Assembly: GCA_026390345.1 (NCBI GenBank)
Contig: JAPLGD010000068.1
Span: 24,078-88,077 of the forward strand
Direction of reading: 5' to 3'
From: Candidatus Bipolaricaulota bacterium
GTDB lineage: Bacteria; Bipolaricaulota; Bipolaricaulia; UBA7950; UBA9294
DNA: 64,000 nt
The position numbers and the translations under genes were made by a program. Below, in pieces: positions 48,024 through 57,109 of the stretch; position 1 is the stretch's first letter; each line of letters begins with the position of its first letter. The notes below the pieces were generated by a model. That model saw only the letters and a list, made by a program, of their open reading frames with translations. It did no database searches and had not been told where the DNA came from.

Positions 48024-48608
48024 TCACTCCTTGCGATCGAGGCGCCGCTCGAGCTCCGCCCGCAGCTCCTCGCGGTCGCCGATCCCCTGCACCCGCAGGA
48101 TCACGTCACGCCGCTCGCCGTTCCCAGCCCCGTTCGTCATGCTGACGATGTGGACGTTGTGCGCGTGGAGCACATCGAGGACGCTGTACAACTCCTCAGA
48201 CCCCGCACGGAGCCGAAGCTCCATCCGTGTCCCCTCGAGTCCGATGCCGAGCCCGTCTGCGAGCCCGCGCAGCACCGCACTCTGCGTGATCACGCCGACC
48301 AGCAGGTCCCCCTCCGTCACCGGCAGGACAACCAGGCGGTTCTCCAGCATGATCAGGGTCGCCTTCTCGAGCGTATCCGTCGGCGAGACCGAGAACCTCA
48401 CAGGGTGAGCGATCGCCTCTATCGGAGACTCCCAATCGACGATCCCCTTGAGCGATCCGCGGGTAACAAACCCCCGCAGCCGACCGTCCTCCGAAGTCAC
48501 CAGAAGGACCCCAAACCCGTGCTCTTCCATCAGCTTGCGAACCGTCCCGGCCGTCGTGGATGGAAGAGCGGTCACGGCATCCCGCTGCATGTGTTGCGCG
48601 ACGTTCAT
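48024..48608 (-). CDS. CBS-pair plus ACT domain protein
   Basis: Two CBS motifs (GFGVLLVTSEDGRLRGFVT and RLVVLPVTEGDLLVGVIT) and a C-terminal ACT-like fold. ATGA overlap with the upstream EF-G2-like gene. Confidence 0.8.
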   Translation of the reverse strand: MNVAQHMQRDAVTALPSTTAGTVRKLMEEHGFGVLLVTSEDGRLRGFVTRGSLKGIVDWESPIEAIAHPVRFSVSPTDTLEKATLIMLENRLVVLPVTEGDLLVGVITQSAVLRGLADGLGIGLEGTRMELRLRAGSEELYSVLDVLHAHNVHIVSMTNGAGNGERRDVILRVQGIGDREELRAELERRLDRKE

Positions 48609-50575
48609 TCCTGCTCGGCTTGGGCCTGTGCGACGACTTTCTCCTGGATGTTTCCAGGAACCTGTTGGTATCTCGCGAAATCCATCCGGAACGTAGCTCG
48701 CCCTTGGGTGCGTGACTTGAGATCGAGCGCGTAGTTCAACAGCTCGGCGAGCGGCGCCTCGGCGACAACAACCGTGGTCTTCCCCGCCGGCTCCATCCCA
48801 AGGATGCGCCCGCGGCGCCCGTTCATGTCGCTGATGATGTCCCCCATGTGATCCTCAGGCACGCGCACCCTCACGGACATGATCGGCTCGAGGAGGCACG
48901 GCTCCGCGTTGTCGAACGCCTCACGGAACGCGCCCCTCGCAGCGAGCTTGAACGCAAGCTCGGAGGAGTCCACCGGGTGGAAGCTTCCGTCGAACACCGC
49001 GACGAGGACCTCCGTGACCGGGAACTTGGCCAGGCTGCCCTGCTCCAGCGCCTCGAGGATGCCCTTCTCGACGCCGGGCACGTACTGGTTGGGAATCGAC
49101 GCGCCCTTGATCTCGTCGACGAACTTGAACCCGCCCTCGCCCTTGTACGGCTCGATGCGCAGCCACACCTCGCCGAACTGGCCACGGCCGCCGGTCTGCT
49201 TCTTGTGACGGTACTTGGCCTCCGCCTTCTTCCGAATCGTCTCCTTGTACGGGATCCGCGGCTGTCGGGTTTCGAGCGAGACGTTGTATCGGTTTTTGAG
49301 CCTCTCGATGAACACGGACACGTGCACGTCTCCCATCCCGTGCAGCGTGAGCTCCTTCGTGACCGGATCGCGTTCCACGACGATCGTGGCCTTGGTCGCC
49401 GCGATCTCCTTCAGCGCCGCGCCCATCTTGTCGACGTCCGCCTGGCTCTTCGGAACGATCGTCCGCGAGAAGACCGGCCTCGGGAACTCCAGCATCGGGA
49501 ACGCCTCTCCGCCTTGGCTGACCCCGAGCGTCGCTCCAAGGGCGATGTGCTCCGCCTTGGCGATCGCGACGATCTCGCCGGGTCCTGCTTGGGGAACGCG
49601 CTTCTGCTTCGTGCCTTCGAGAGCGTAAAGGTCACGCACGTCGACCTTCGCTCCGGACACGACGTCCACGAGACCCTTCCCCTCCTGAATCGTGCCCTCG
49701 AGGACCCGCACGAAGGAGAGACGTCCGAGGTACGGGTCGCTCGCCAGGTTGAACGCCACGACGCGACACGGTGCGCCCGCATCACCGGCTCGCGGCGCAA
49801 CGTAGCCCACGAACGCCTTCAGCAGCTGATCGAGTCCCTTCCCCTCCGTCACCGAAGAGCAGAGGACTGGGACGATGGCTCCGGCCGCGATCCCCTTCAC
49901 GAGCGCCCGGGCGACCTCGCTTTCGCTGATCGGTGCCTCATCGAGGAACTTCATCATCAATTCGTCGTCCGCCGTCGCGACCTCTTCAAGAAGAGCGCCA
50001 CGCGCCATCTCGACTTCGTCGGTGATGTCGGCCGGGATCTCCTTCTTTGCCTTGTCGGCGAAGTCCACGAGTCGGTTCGAGACGAGGTCGACCATGCCCG
50101 TGAACGCTCCGCCGGCGCGGATTGGCATCTGGACCGGAACCAGCTTCCCTTCGAAGTGGTTACGCAGGTCAGCCACGGCCTTGTCGAAGTTCGCGTTCTC
50201 CTTGTCCATCAGGTTGACGAGAACGATCGTCGGGCGCTTCGCGCCCCCGGAGATCTCCCACGCCCGCTCCGTGACGACCTCCACGGCCTTCTCCGCGTTC
50301 ACCACGAGGACCGTCAGATCCGCAACGGGAATCCCTTTGTACATCTCCTCGATGAACTCATCGCCGCCCGGCGTGTCGAGGAGAGTAATCGAGACACCGT
50401 CCGCCTGGAACGCGCCGAAGCCCATGTCGAGCGTGTGCCCACGTTCCTTCTCCTCCTGCGACGCGTCCAGCGTGATCTGCTCTTTGGTGCCCGCGCGCGC
50501 TAGGAGCGCGGCGGTAAGGGCCGTCTTCCCAGTACCGGAGTGCCCCACCAAGCAGATGGTCCGAGCCTGCCCCAT
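48605..50575 (-). CDS. Elongation factor G paralog (EF-G2/FusA2-like) with non-canonical G motifs
   Basis: Full five-domain EF-G architecture. G1 is GHSGTGKT, G3 is DTPGGDEF (the switch II His is replaced by Gly), G4 is NLMD. ATG at 50575 is preceded by AAGGGGG. Confidence 0.85.
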   Translation of the reverse strand: MGQARTICLVGHSGTGKTALTAALLARAGTKEQITLDASQEEKERGHTLDMGFGAFQADGVSITLLDTPGGDEFIEEMYKGIPVADLTVLVVNAEKAVEVVTERAWEISGGAKRPTIVLVNLMDKENANFDKAVADLRNHFEGKLVPVQMPIRAGGAFTGMVDLVSNRLVDFADKAKKEIPADITDEVEMARGALLEEVATADDELMMKFLDEAPISESEVARALVKGIAAGAIVPVLCSSVTEGKGLDQLLKAFVGYVAPRAGDAGAPCRVVAFNLASDPYLGRLSFVRVLEGTIQEGKGLVDVVSGAKVDVRDLYALEGTKQKRVPQAGPGEIVAIAKAEHIALGATLGVSQGGEAFPMLEFPRPVFSRTIVPKSQADVDKMGAALKEIAATKATIVVERDPVTKELTLHGMGDVHVSVFIERLKNRYNVSLETRQPRIPYKETIRKKAEAKYRHKKQTGGRGQFGEVWLRIEPYKGEGGFKFVDEIKGASIPNQYVPGVEKGILEALEQGSLAKFPVTEVLVAVFDGSFHPVDSSELAFKLAARGAFREAFDNAEPCLLEPIMSVRVRVPEDHMGDIISDMNGRRGRILGMEPAGKTTVVVAEAPLAELLNYALDLKSRTQGRATFRMDFARYQQVPGNIQEKVVAQAQAEQE

Positions 50576-50657
50576 GTCGATGTCCCCCTTGGGTGAACGA
50601 TAAGTGGTCTTGCGGAGTATATCGACCCCTCGCGGAGGGAGCAAGAATCGCCGCTAC

Positions 50658-50850
50658 GGTTGCGGTTCCGCCCTCCGTACACGGTTGCGGCTCCGCCCTC
50701 CGTACACGGTTGCGGCTCCGCCCTCCGTGCACGCTTGCGGCCCCGCCCTCCGTGCACGCTTGCCGCCCCGCCCTCTCATCAAGCTTGCGGCTCGGCCACG
50801 GCACGCCGTCCGCTTGCCGCTCCGTCCGCGTTTGCGGCCCCGCCCGGCGC
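50658..50850. repeat. Array of 7-8 tandem copies of a GC-rich 25-bp repeat (consensus GCTTGCGGCYCCGCCCTCCGTRCAC) in a divergent intergenic region
   Basis: Units at 50658-82, 50683-707, 50708-32, 50733-57 and 50758-82, plus longer and shorter degenerate units out to about 50850. No spacers of unique sequence, so this is not a CRISPR array. Confidence 0.85.
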
Positions 50851-50917
50851 CGCGTATCCTCTTCGTCCTTCCTCTGCGTCGAAGCCGGGGAAATACCACG
50901 GAACGCGGGAGGTTCAC

Positions 50918-52531
50918 ATGGCGACGCAGCTCTTGCTCGGAGATGAGGCGCTCGCTCAGGGTGCGATCGACGCCGGACTTTCCGCAGCGTACGCGTACCC
51001 CGGCACTCCGTCCACGGAGATCACCGAGCACATCCTTCGCAGCCCGGAGGCCCGAGCCGGCGAGATCGTCTGCCGCTGGGCCGCAAACGAGAAGACCGCG
51101 CTCGAGGCGGCGCTTGGCGCAAGCTACGCCGGGAAGCGCGCGATGGCGAGCATGAAGCACGTCGGGTTGAACGTCGCCGCCGATCCGTTCGTGAACGCTG
51201 CGATCTCCGGCGCCCACGGCGGACTCCTCGTCAACGTCGCCGACGACCCGTCCATGCACTCGTCCCAGAACGAGCAGGACTCGCGGCTCTATGCCGAGCT
51301 CGCGCTCGTTCCGTGCTTCGAGCCCTCCGACCAGCAGGAGGCCTACGCCGTTCCGGCGCGCGCCTTCGAGCTGTCGGAGACTTACCGCGTCCCGGTTCTC
51401 GTCCGCCTGACGACGCGGCTCGCCCACTCCCGCGCCACGGTCGAGGTCGGCGGACAACGTCCGCAGAACCCGCTCTCGCGACCCGAGCAGCCCGAGCGAT
51501 TCATCCTCCTCCCCGCGATCGCGAAGCGAAGCTACGAGCGCCTCGTCGGTCATCAGCCCGACTTCGTTCGCGAAAGCGAGGCGAGTCCGTTCAATCGCCT
51601 GTCGCAGGACGGCGACCGCGCGCTCGGAATCGTGGCGTGCGGCATCGCCTACAATTACCTCCTCGAGGTGACAGACGGCGCGCCGCGGCACCCGGTCCTC
51701 AAGGTCGGCCAGTATCCGCTTCCTGCGCGTGACGTCGAGTGGCTCGTCGAGCACTGCGGCAGGATCCTCATCCTCGAAGAGGGATACCCCTACGTAGAAG
51801 GCAAGCTTCGGGGCCTCCCGCCGCGCTCGGCGCCGGCAATCCACGGCCGCCTCACGGGCGACGTCCCGCGGACCGGCGAGTTGTCACCCGACATTGTCGC
51901 CGCGGCGCTCGGACTCAGTGCGCTCGCCCGCCGAGCGGCGTCTTCGGTCCCGGCACCGCGTCCGCCTGCCTTCTGTCCCGGGTGCCCGCACGCCGACACG
52001 TGCAAGGTGCTTGCCGAGGTCCTCGTGTCCCGCCGCGACTCTGCCCGCGTCTTCTCCGACATTGGGTGCTACACGCTTGGCGCGCTCCCGCCGCACGGCG
52101 TCATCGACACGTGCGTCGAGATGGGTGCGTCGATCACCATGGCCCACGGCGCGTCCGAGGCCGGGCTTCGCCCGGCCGTCGCCCTGATCGGCGACTCGAC
52201 GTTCACCCACTCGGGCATGACGGGGCTCCTCGACTGCGTCAACGCCAACGCCGACGTCACGGTCATCATCGTCGACAACCTCACCGTGGCGATGACCGGC
52301 GGCCAACGCTCGGCGGCGGAGAACCGGCTCGTCTCCATCTGCCGCGGGCTCGGCGTGGACGAAGCCCACATCCGCGTCATCGAACCCCATCCACGCAACC
52401 ACAAGCAGAACGTCGCCGTTCTCGACCAGGAGATTCAGTACCCGGGAACCTCCGTCATCATCGCGCAGCGCGAATGTATCCAGACGGCCAAACGGTCCGC
52501 GCGCCGGGGAGCGCGGGGAGGCCAGGAATGA
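50918..52531 (+). CDS. iorA: Indolepyruvate/2-oxoacid:ferredoxin oxidoreductase alpha subunit (TPP-binding)
   Basis: N-terminal POR domain, and a TPP domain with FCPGCPH. ATG at 50918 is preceded by GGGAGG. The upstream part of the tracked ORF runs through the repeat array. Confidence 0.85.
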   Translation: MATQLLLGDEALAQGAIDAGLSAAYAYPGTPSTEITEHILRSPEARAGEIVCRWAANEKTALEAALGASYAGKRAMASMKHVGLNVAADPFVNAAISGAHGGLLVNVADDPSMHSSQNEQDSRLYAELALVPCFEPSDQQEAYAVPARAFELSETYRVPVLVRLTTRLAHSRATVEVGGQRPQNPLSRPEQPERFILLPAIAKRSYERLVGHQPDFVRESEASPFNRLSQDGDRALGIVACGIAYNYLLEVTDGAPRHPVLKVGQYPLPARDVEWLVEHCGRILILEEGYPYVEGKLRGLPPRSAPAIHGRLTGDVPRTGELSPDIVAAALGLSALARRAASSVPAPRPPAFCPGCPHADTCKVLAEVLVSRRDSARVFSDIGCYTLGALPPHGVIDTCVEMGASITMAHGASEAGLRPAVALIGDSTFTHSGMTGLLDCVNANADVTVIIVDNLTVAMTGGQRSAAENRLVSICRGLGVDEAHIRVIEPHPRNHKQNVAVLDQEIQYPGTSVIIAQRECIQTAKRSARRGARGGQE

Positions 52532-53109
52532 GGCGCGACATCATCCTCGCCGGCGTCGGCGGCCAGGGCCTGTTGGCTCTCGCGGCCGTGCTCGGTCAGG
52601 CCGCCCGCGGGCTTGGCCTTCACCTCAAGCAGGCCGAAGTCCACGGCATGGCCCAACGCGGCGGCGTCGTGCAAAGCCACGTCCGCTTCGGCGACCGCCC
52701 CGTCCACTCTGACCTTGTCCGCGAAGGAACGGCAGACCTCGTTCTCGCGCTCGAGCCGATGGAGGCGCTCCGCTACCTTCCGTACCTGAAGCTCGACGGC
52801 GCCCTCGTCTCCGATACGCGGCCGGTGCGCAACATCCCGGAGTACCCGGACGTCGACCGCATTCTCGCCGAGCTGCGGGTGATCACGCCCCATCGCCTCG
52901 TCGACGCCGCGGCCCTCGCCGAGCAAGCCGGATCGCCGCAGGCGAGCAACCTGGTTGTCCTCGGCGCGGGGCTTCCGTTCCTCGGCCTCCCCGTGGAGGC
53001 TCTCGAGGACGGGATCCGCGCCGCCTTCGCGGGCAAGGCGGAGGCCGTCGTCGCCGCGAACCTTCGCGGATTCAAGCTCGGCGTCGAGTGGACGCAGGTG
53101 CCATCGTAG
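52528..53109 (+). CDS. iorB: Indolepyruvate oxidoreductase beta subunit (POR gamma-type)
   Basis: DIILAGVGGQG start. ATGA overlap with iorA. Confidence 0.85.
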   Translation: MRRDIILAGVGGQGLLALAAVLGQAARGLGLHLKQAEVHGMAQRGGVVQSHVRFGDRPVHSDLVREGTADLVLALEPMEALRYLPYLKLDGALVSDTRPVRNIPEYPDVDRILAELRVITPHRLVDAAALAEQAGSPQASNLVVLGAGLPFLGLPVEALEDGIRAAFAGKAEAVVAANLRGFKLGVEWTQVPS

Positions 53110-53197
53110 AGCCCCTCGCACCTCCCACACGCCCTCGGCTTGCCGGCTGGGAATCGTCCCGGTAGGCTATCCGCGTTCAGGATTCCGGGAGGTCAAG

Positions 53198-54094
53198 ATG
53201 CGAAAGCTCGTTGGGGTCCCTGTTGTCCTCGTCCTTCTCCTCATCGTCGGTTCGTGCTTCGTCGCGTCGGATTCGACGGGCGTCGTGCGCATCGGCGTCT
53301 TCACCGACATCCACGTCCACGACACCAACTCGCCCAACGAACACAAGGTGATGGCGAACTACGAGCCGCGGCTCACGGCGTTCGTCGAGGCGATGACGGC
53401 GTGGCCGGCCGACGCCGTCGTCTCGCTCGGCGACCTCGTGAACGGCGTCTTCGTCATGGGCGCCGATCTCGGCGACTCCGCGCGCATCCCTGCGCTCCTC
53501 GACCGTGCCGTCGGGATCCTCCACGGCTACTCGGGGCCGATCAGCTACGTCTTGGGGAACCACGACGTGTACAACCTGACCAAAGCGCAGTTCCTCGCAG
53601 CCACCGGATCGCCCGCCGCGTACCGGAGCTTCGACCTCGGCGCCTACCACGTCGCGATCCTCGACGCCCAGTTCAACAAGGCAGGCCAGGACTACGGGAA
53701 CGTGAGTTGGATGGTCCAAGGGACGATCCCCACCGCGGAGCTCGAGTGGCTGCGCGCCGACCTCGCCGCAACCCAGAAGCCGACAATCGTCTGCGTCCAC
53801 CAGCCGCTTGACCTGGCGTTCGAGCTTCTCGCCGGCGGACCGTCGGTCTCGAACGCCCCCGAGGTGCGCGCCGTTCTTGCCGCCTCCGGCCGCGTCATCA
53901 CCGTCTTCCAAGGACACACGCACGACTCGGCCCACACCGTCATCGACGGGATTCACTACGTCACCTTCGCCGGCATGGTCGATGCCGATGTGCCGACGCC
54001 CGCGTCGTGGGCCGCGGTGACCCTGGACCCGACCGCGCGGACGATCCACATCGAGGGTGTCGGACTCCAAGAGACCCTCGACATCGTCTACTAA
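53198..54094 (+). CDS. Secreted calcineurin-like metallophosphoesterase
   Basis: Signal peptide (VGSC lipobox-like). GDLVNG, GNHD and GHTH motifs. ATG after GGGAGG. Confidence 0.8.
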   Translation: MRKLVGVPVVLVLLLIVGSCFVASDSTGVVRIGVFTDIHVHDTNSPNEHKVMANYEPRLTAFVEAMTAWPADAVVSLGDLVNGVFVMGADLGDSARIPALLDRAVGILHGYSGPISYVLGNHDVYNLTKAQFLAATGSPAAYRSFDLGAYHVAILDAQFNKAGQDYGNVSWMVQGTIPTAELEWLRADLAATQKPTIVCVHQPLDLAFELLAGGPSVSNAPEVRAVLAASGRVITVFQGHTHDSAHTVIDGIHYVTFAGMVDADVPTPASWAAVTLDPTARTIHIEGVGLQETLDIVY

Positions 54095-54124
54095 CTAGCA
54101 GGAAGAAGGGAAGGAGGACCGCCG

Positions 54125-55096
54125 GTGAGTCGGCTGTCGAAGCTTGGCATGGCATGGGCGGCGGCAGTTCTCGTAGTGCTCCTCGCCGTCCTCGAGGGAG
54201 GCGCGGACCCCGCCGCGGATGCCGCGAGCAGCGTCAGCGCCAGTGACGCTGCCCCCGTTCGCTTTGGCCTCTTCACCGATCTGCACGCCGATGACCGAGA
54301 CTCGCCGGCCGAGCGAAAGCGGATGACCCACACGGCCGAGCGCCTCGGCGCCTTCTGCGCGGCGATGAATGCCGAGGCCGTCGACTTCACGATCGAGCTC
54401 GGCGACTTCGTCAATGGCTGGCTCGTCCTGGGTGCCGATCCCGGGGACCCAGGCAGGATTCCCGAGATCCTCGCGTGGGCAGACTCGCTCTACGCCGCGT
54501 TCACGGGACCTCGCTACCACGTCCTCGGGAACCACGACCTCTTCAATCTCGACAAGGTGGCGATCCGCGAGATCCTGGGGCTCGAGCGGACCTACTACAG
54601 CTTCGACGTCCGGGGCGTTCACTTCGTCGTTCTCGACGCGGAGTTTGCCGAAAACGGAAGCGACCTCGCGCGGACGTACACCGGCGTCGCCGGGTTCATC
54701 CCGCCCGCGGAGCTGGTTTGGCTGAGCGAGGACCTCGCCGGGTCCGACCGTCCGACGATCGTCTTCGTCCATCAGATGCTCGACGAGTACATCGAGGAGT
54801 GGGGCCGTTCCCTCATTGCCAACCAGCGCGAGGTGCAGGCCGTTCTCTCCGCGGACCCCGAGGTTGTCGCCGTGCTCCAGGGACACGCCCACGCGTTCCG
54901 CCACAGCGAGGTCGGCGGCGTTCACTACCTCACGTTTGCAGCGCTCGTCGATCAGGAGACGCCGCCCTCGTGGGCCCTCGTGACCGTCGATCCTGCGGCG
55001 CGAACCGTCATGATCGATGGCACGGGAGAGCAGCCGAACCTTGGGTTCTCGTACGAGATCTCGCGCCCCGGCGCGAGCAAGGGAGGAACCGAATGA
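54125..55096 (+). CDS. Secreted calcineurin-like metallophosphoesterase (paralog of the previous gene)
   Basis: GDFVNG, GNHD and GHAH motifs. GTG after AAGGAGG. Confidence 0.8.
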   Translation: MSRLSKLGMAWAAAVLVVLLAVLEGGADPAADAASSVSASDAAPVRFGLFTDLHADDRDSPAERKRMTHTAERLGAFCAAMNAEAVDFTIELGDFVNGWLVLGADPGDPGRIPEILAWADSLYAAFTGPRYHVLGNHDLFNLDKVAIREILGLERTYYSFDVRGVHFVVLDAEFAENGSDLARTYTGVAGFIPPAELVWLSEDLAGSDRPTIVFVHQMLDEYIEEWGRSLIANQREVQAVLSADPEVVAVLQGHAHAFRHSEVGGVHYLTFAALVDQETPPSWALVTVDPAARTVMIDGTGEQPNLGFSYEISRPGASKGGTE

Positions 55097-55386
55097 TCGT
55101 CGACTTCAGCATCGCTCCGATCGGTCGCGGCGAGAGCCTAAGCCGCTACGTCGCTGAGGCGTACCGGATCATCGAGGCGTCCGGCGTCCGGCACGAGTTC
55201 CACGCGATGGGCACGAACCTCGAAGGCGACTGGGGCGAGGTCATGACCGTCGTCAATGCCTGTCGCTTGCGCTTGCTCGAGACGTGCGGGCGCGTGTCGA
55301 TCTCGCTCCGCATCGACGACCGCAAAGGGGCATCCGACCGCCTCGGCCACAAGGTCGCGTCGGCACAGGAGAAAGCGGGGCTCTAG
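55093..55386 (+). CDS. MTH1187/YkoF-family protein (thiamine-binding-like, 97 aa)
   Basis: MIVDFSIAPIG...MGTNLEG. ATGA overlap with the upstream gene. Preceded by GGGAGG. Confidence 0.75.
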   Translation: MIVDFSIAPIGRGESLSRYVAEAYRIIEASGVRHEFHAMGTNLEGDWGEVMTVVNACRLRLLETCGRVSISLRIDDRKGASDRLGHKVASAQEKAGL

Positions 55387-56996
55387 TCCGCCGCCGGGTG
55401 AATGACGAGCACGTCGCCGGCGATGTTCGCGGCGTGATCGCCGATCCGCTCTAGGTTATGGAGGATCTCCACGAACAGGATCCCTGCCTCCGGATCGCAC
55501 TCGTCTGACTCCAGGCGCTCGACGTGGTGGCTCTTGTACCGCGTTTCAAGCTCGTCCAAGTGCTTCTCCAAATCCAGGGCCCGCTTGGCTTCGCCGATGT
55601 TCTCTGTGTCAAGCGCGGCAAGCGATAGCTGGTAGAGCTCGATCGCCCGGTCGAACATGTCGCCAAGCTCGCCGGCCGCCACCGCGGAGAGGCTGCGGCC
55701 CTTCGCCATCAGCTTTTCGGCACGCACGGTGATGTTGACGGCCTGGTCGCCCACCCGTTCGACATCGGCGACGATGTGGCGGAGGACGTGGAGGCGGCGC
55801 TCGTCCTTCCCGCTGAGCGCACTGCCGTCAATTCGGTCGAGGAACTCGTCGACCGAGTCCTTGAGCCCGTCGACCGCCTCCTCCACCTCGCCAACCGACG
55901 CGATCTCCGTGGAATCGCGCTTCAGGATCCCTTCCTTGCACGCGCGGATCATCGCCGCCGTCATCCCACCCATCCGCAGGAGCTCGCGCTGTGCCTGGCG
56001 CACGGCGAACGCAGGCGTCGCCAGGAATTGCTCCCCGAGGAACTGCGCTCGCCCCCCGGTGCCCTCCTCGCGCCCCCGCACGAGCATCCGAGCAACCCAA
56101 ACCAGCCCGCCGACGCAAGGAATAAGGGCGAGCGTTACGGCCACGTTAAAGATCGAGTGGGCGTTCGCGATCTGTCGCGGCAGAGAAGACGACGTCATCT
56201 GCACCAATCGCGTGAACCACGGCAGAAAGGGCAGGAACACGCCAACTCCGACCACGTTGACGACCAGCTGGGTCACCGCGAGTCGCCGCGACGAAAGCGA
56301 CGTCCCGATCGATGCGATCTGGGCCGTGACCGTCGTACCGATGTTCGCACCGAGGACGATGGCGATGGCGGCGGGCAGGGAAATCAGCCCCGAGCTGCCC
56401 AGTCCGATGACGAGCGCCGTCATCGCCGCCGAGCTGTGGATGGCCGCCGTCACCCCAGCGCCGACAAGGACGCCGAGAAGCACGTTGTCGCCGCACGCCT
56501 GGAGGACACGCAAGATCGTGGGGCTCTGCGCGAGCCCTACAAGTCCTCCGGTGAAGATGCCCATCCCGAGGAAGACGAGGCCGAGTCCGAGGACGATGCG
56601 GCCGACGTCGCCCACCTTCCTCCCGCGGAACGTCTCCGCCAGGATGTAGCCGACGGCGAGGACCGGCATGTAGTAGATGCCGATCTTGAACGCGATGATC
56701 TGCGCGGTCAGCGTCGTCCCGATCTCCGCCCCGAGCATGACGCCGATTCCCTGCGCCAGGGTGAGGATGCCGGCGTTGATCATCCCGATCAGAAGCACCA
56801 TCGTCATCGTGCTCGACTGAAGGGTCGCCGAGGTGACCATGCCGACGAGGACGCCGCGGTAGGCCTTGCCGGTCAGCCGCTCGACGATCACTCGCATGCG
56901 GTCGCCAACCGCACGTTTGAGCGCGTCGCTCATGATCCTTAGTCCGAACAGGAAGACCGCCAGACCGCCGGCAGCGCTGAAGAGAACCCCGACCAT
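55383..56996 (-). CDS. Na/Pi-cotransporter family protein with C-terminal PhoU-like domains
   Basis: Two NptA repeats (SATLQSSTMTMVLL and SSAAMTALVIG) and a cytoplasmic PhoU-like C-terminus. The ATG at 56996 is uncertain, since longer starts are possible. Confidence 0.8.
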   Translation of the reverse strand: MVGVLFSAAGGLAVFLFGLRIMSDALKRAVGDRMRVIVERLTGKAYRGVLVGMVTSATLQSSTMTMVLLIGMINAGILTLAQGIGVMLGAEIGTTLTAQIIAFKIGIYYMPVLAVGYILAETFRGRKVGDVGRIVLGLGLVFLGMGIFTGGLVGLAQSPTILRVLQACGDNVLLGVLVGAGVTAAIHSSAAMTALVIGLGSSGLISLPAAIAIVLGANIGTTVTAQIASIGTSLSSRRLAVTQLVVNVVGVGVFLPFLPWFTRLVQMTSSSLPRQIANAHSIFNVAVTLALIPCVGGLVWVARMLVRGREEGTGGRAQFLGEQFLATPAFAVRQAQRELLRMGGMTAAMIRACKEGILKRDSTEIASVGEVEEAVDGLKDSVDEFLDRIDGSALSGKDERRLHVLRHIVADVERVGDQAVNITVRAEKLMAKGRSLSAVAAGELGDMFDRAIELYQLSLAALDTENIGEAKRALDLEKHLDELETRYKSHHVERLESDECDPEAGILFVEILHNLERIGDHAANIAGDVLVIHPAAD

Positions 56997-57109
56997 TGCA
57001 CCCCCCGGGGCTGTGTTTCCCGGAAGCGAAGTATATACTCCGCCCGGCATGTTACAAGCCAGATGCCCGTTCGTTACTTGCGTATCCCGTCCAAAACCCG
57101 TAGATTGAG

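Noticed and set aside
50658-50850. CRISPR array hypothesis for the 25-bp repeat loci (also 58585-58805)
   Set aside because: The repeats are directly adjacent with no unique spacers, and the units degenerate progressively. No cas genes are nearby. They are minisatellite-like, not CRISPR.
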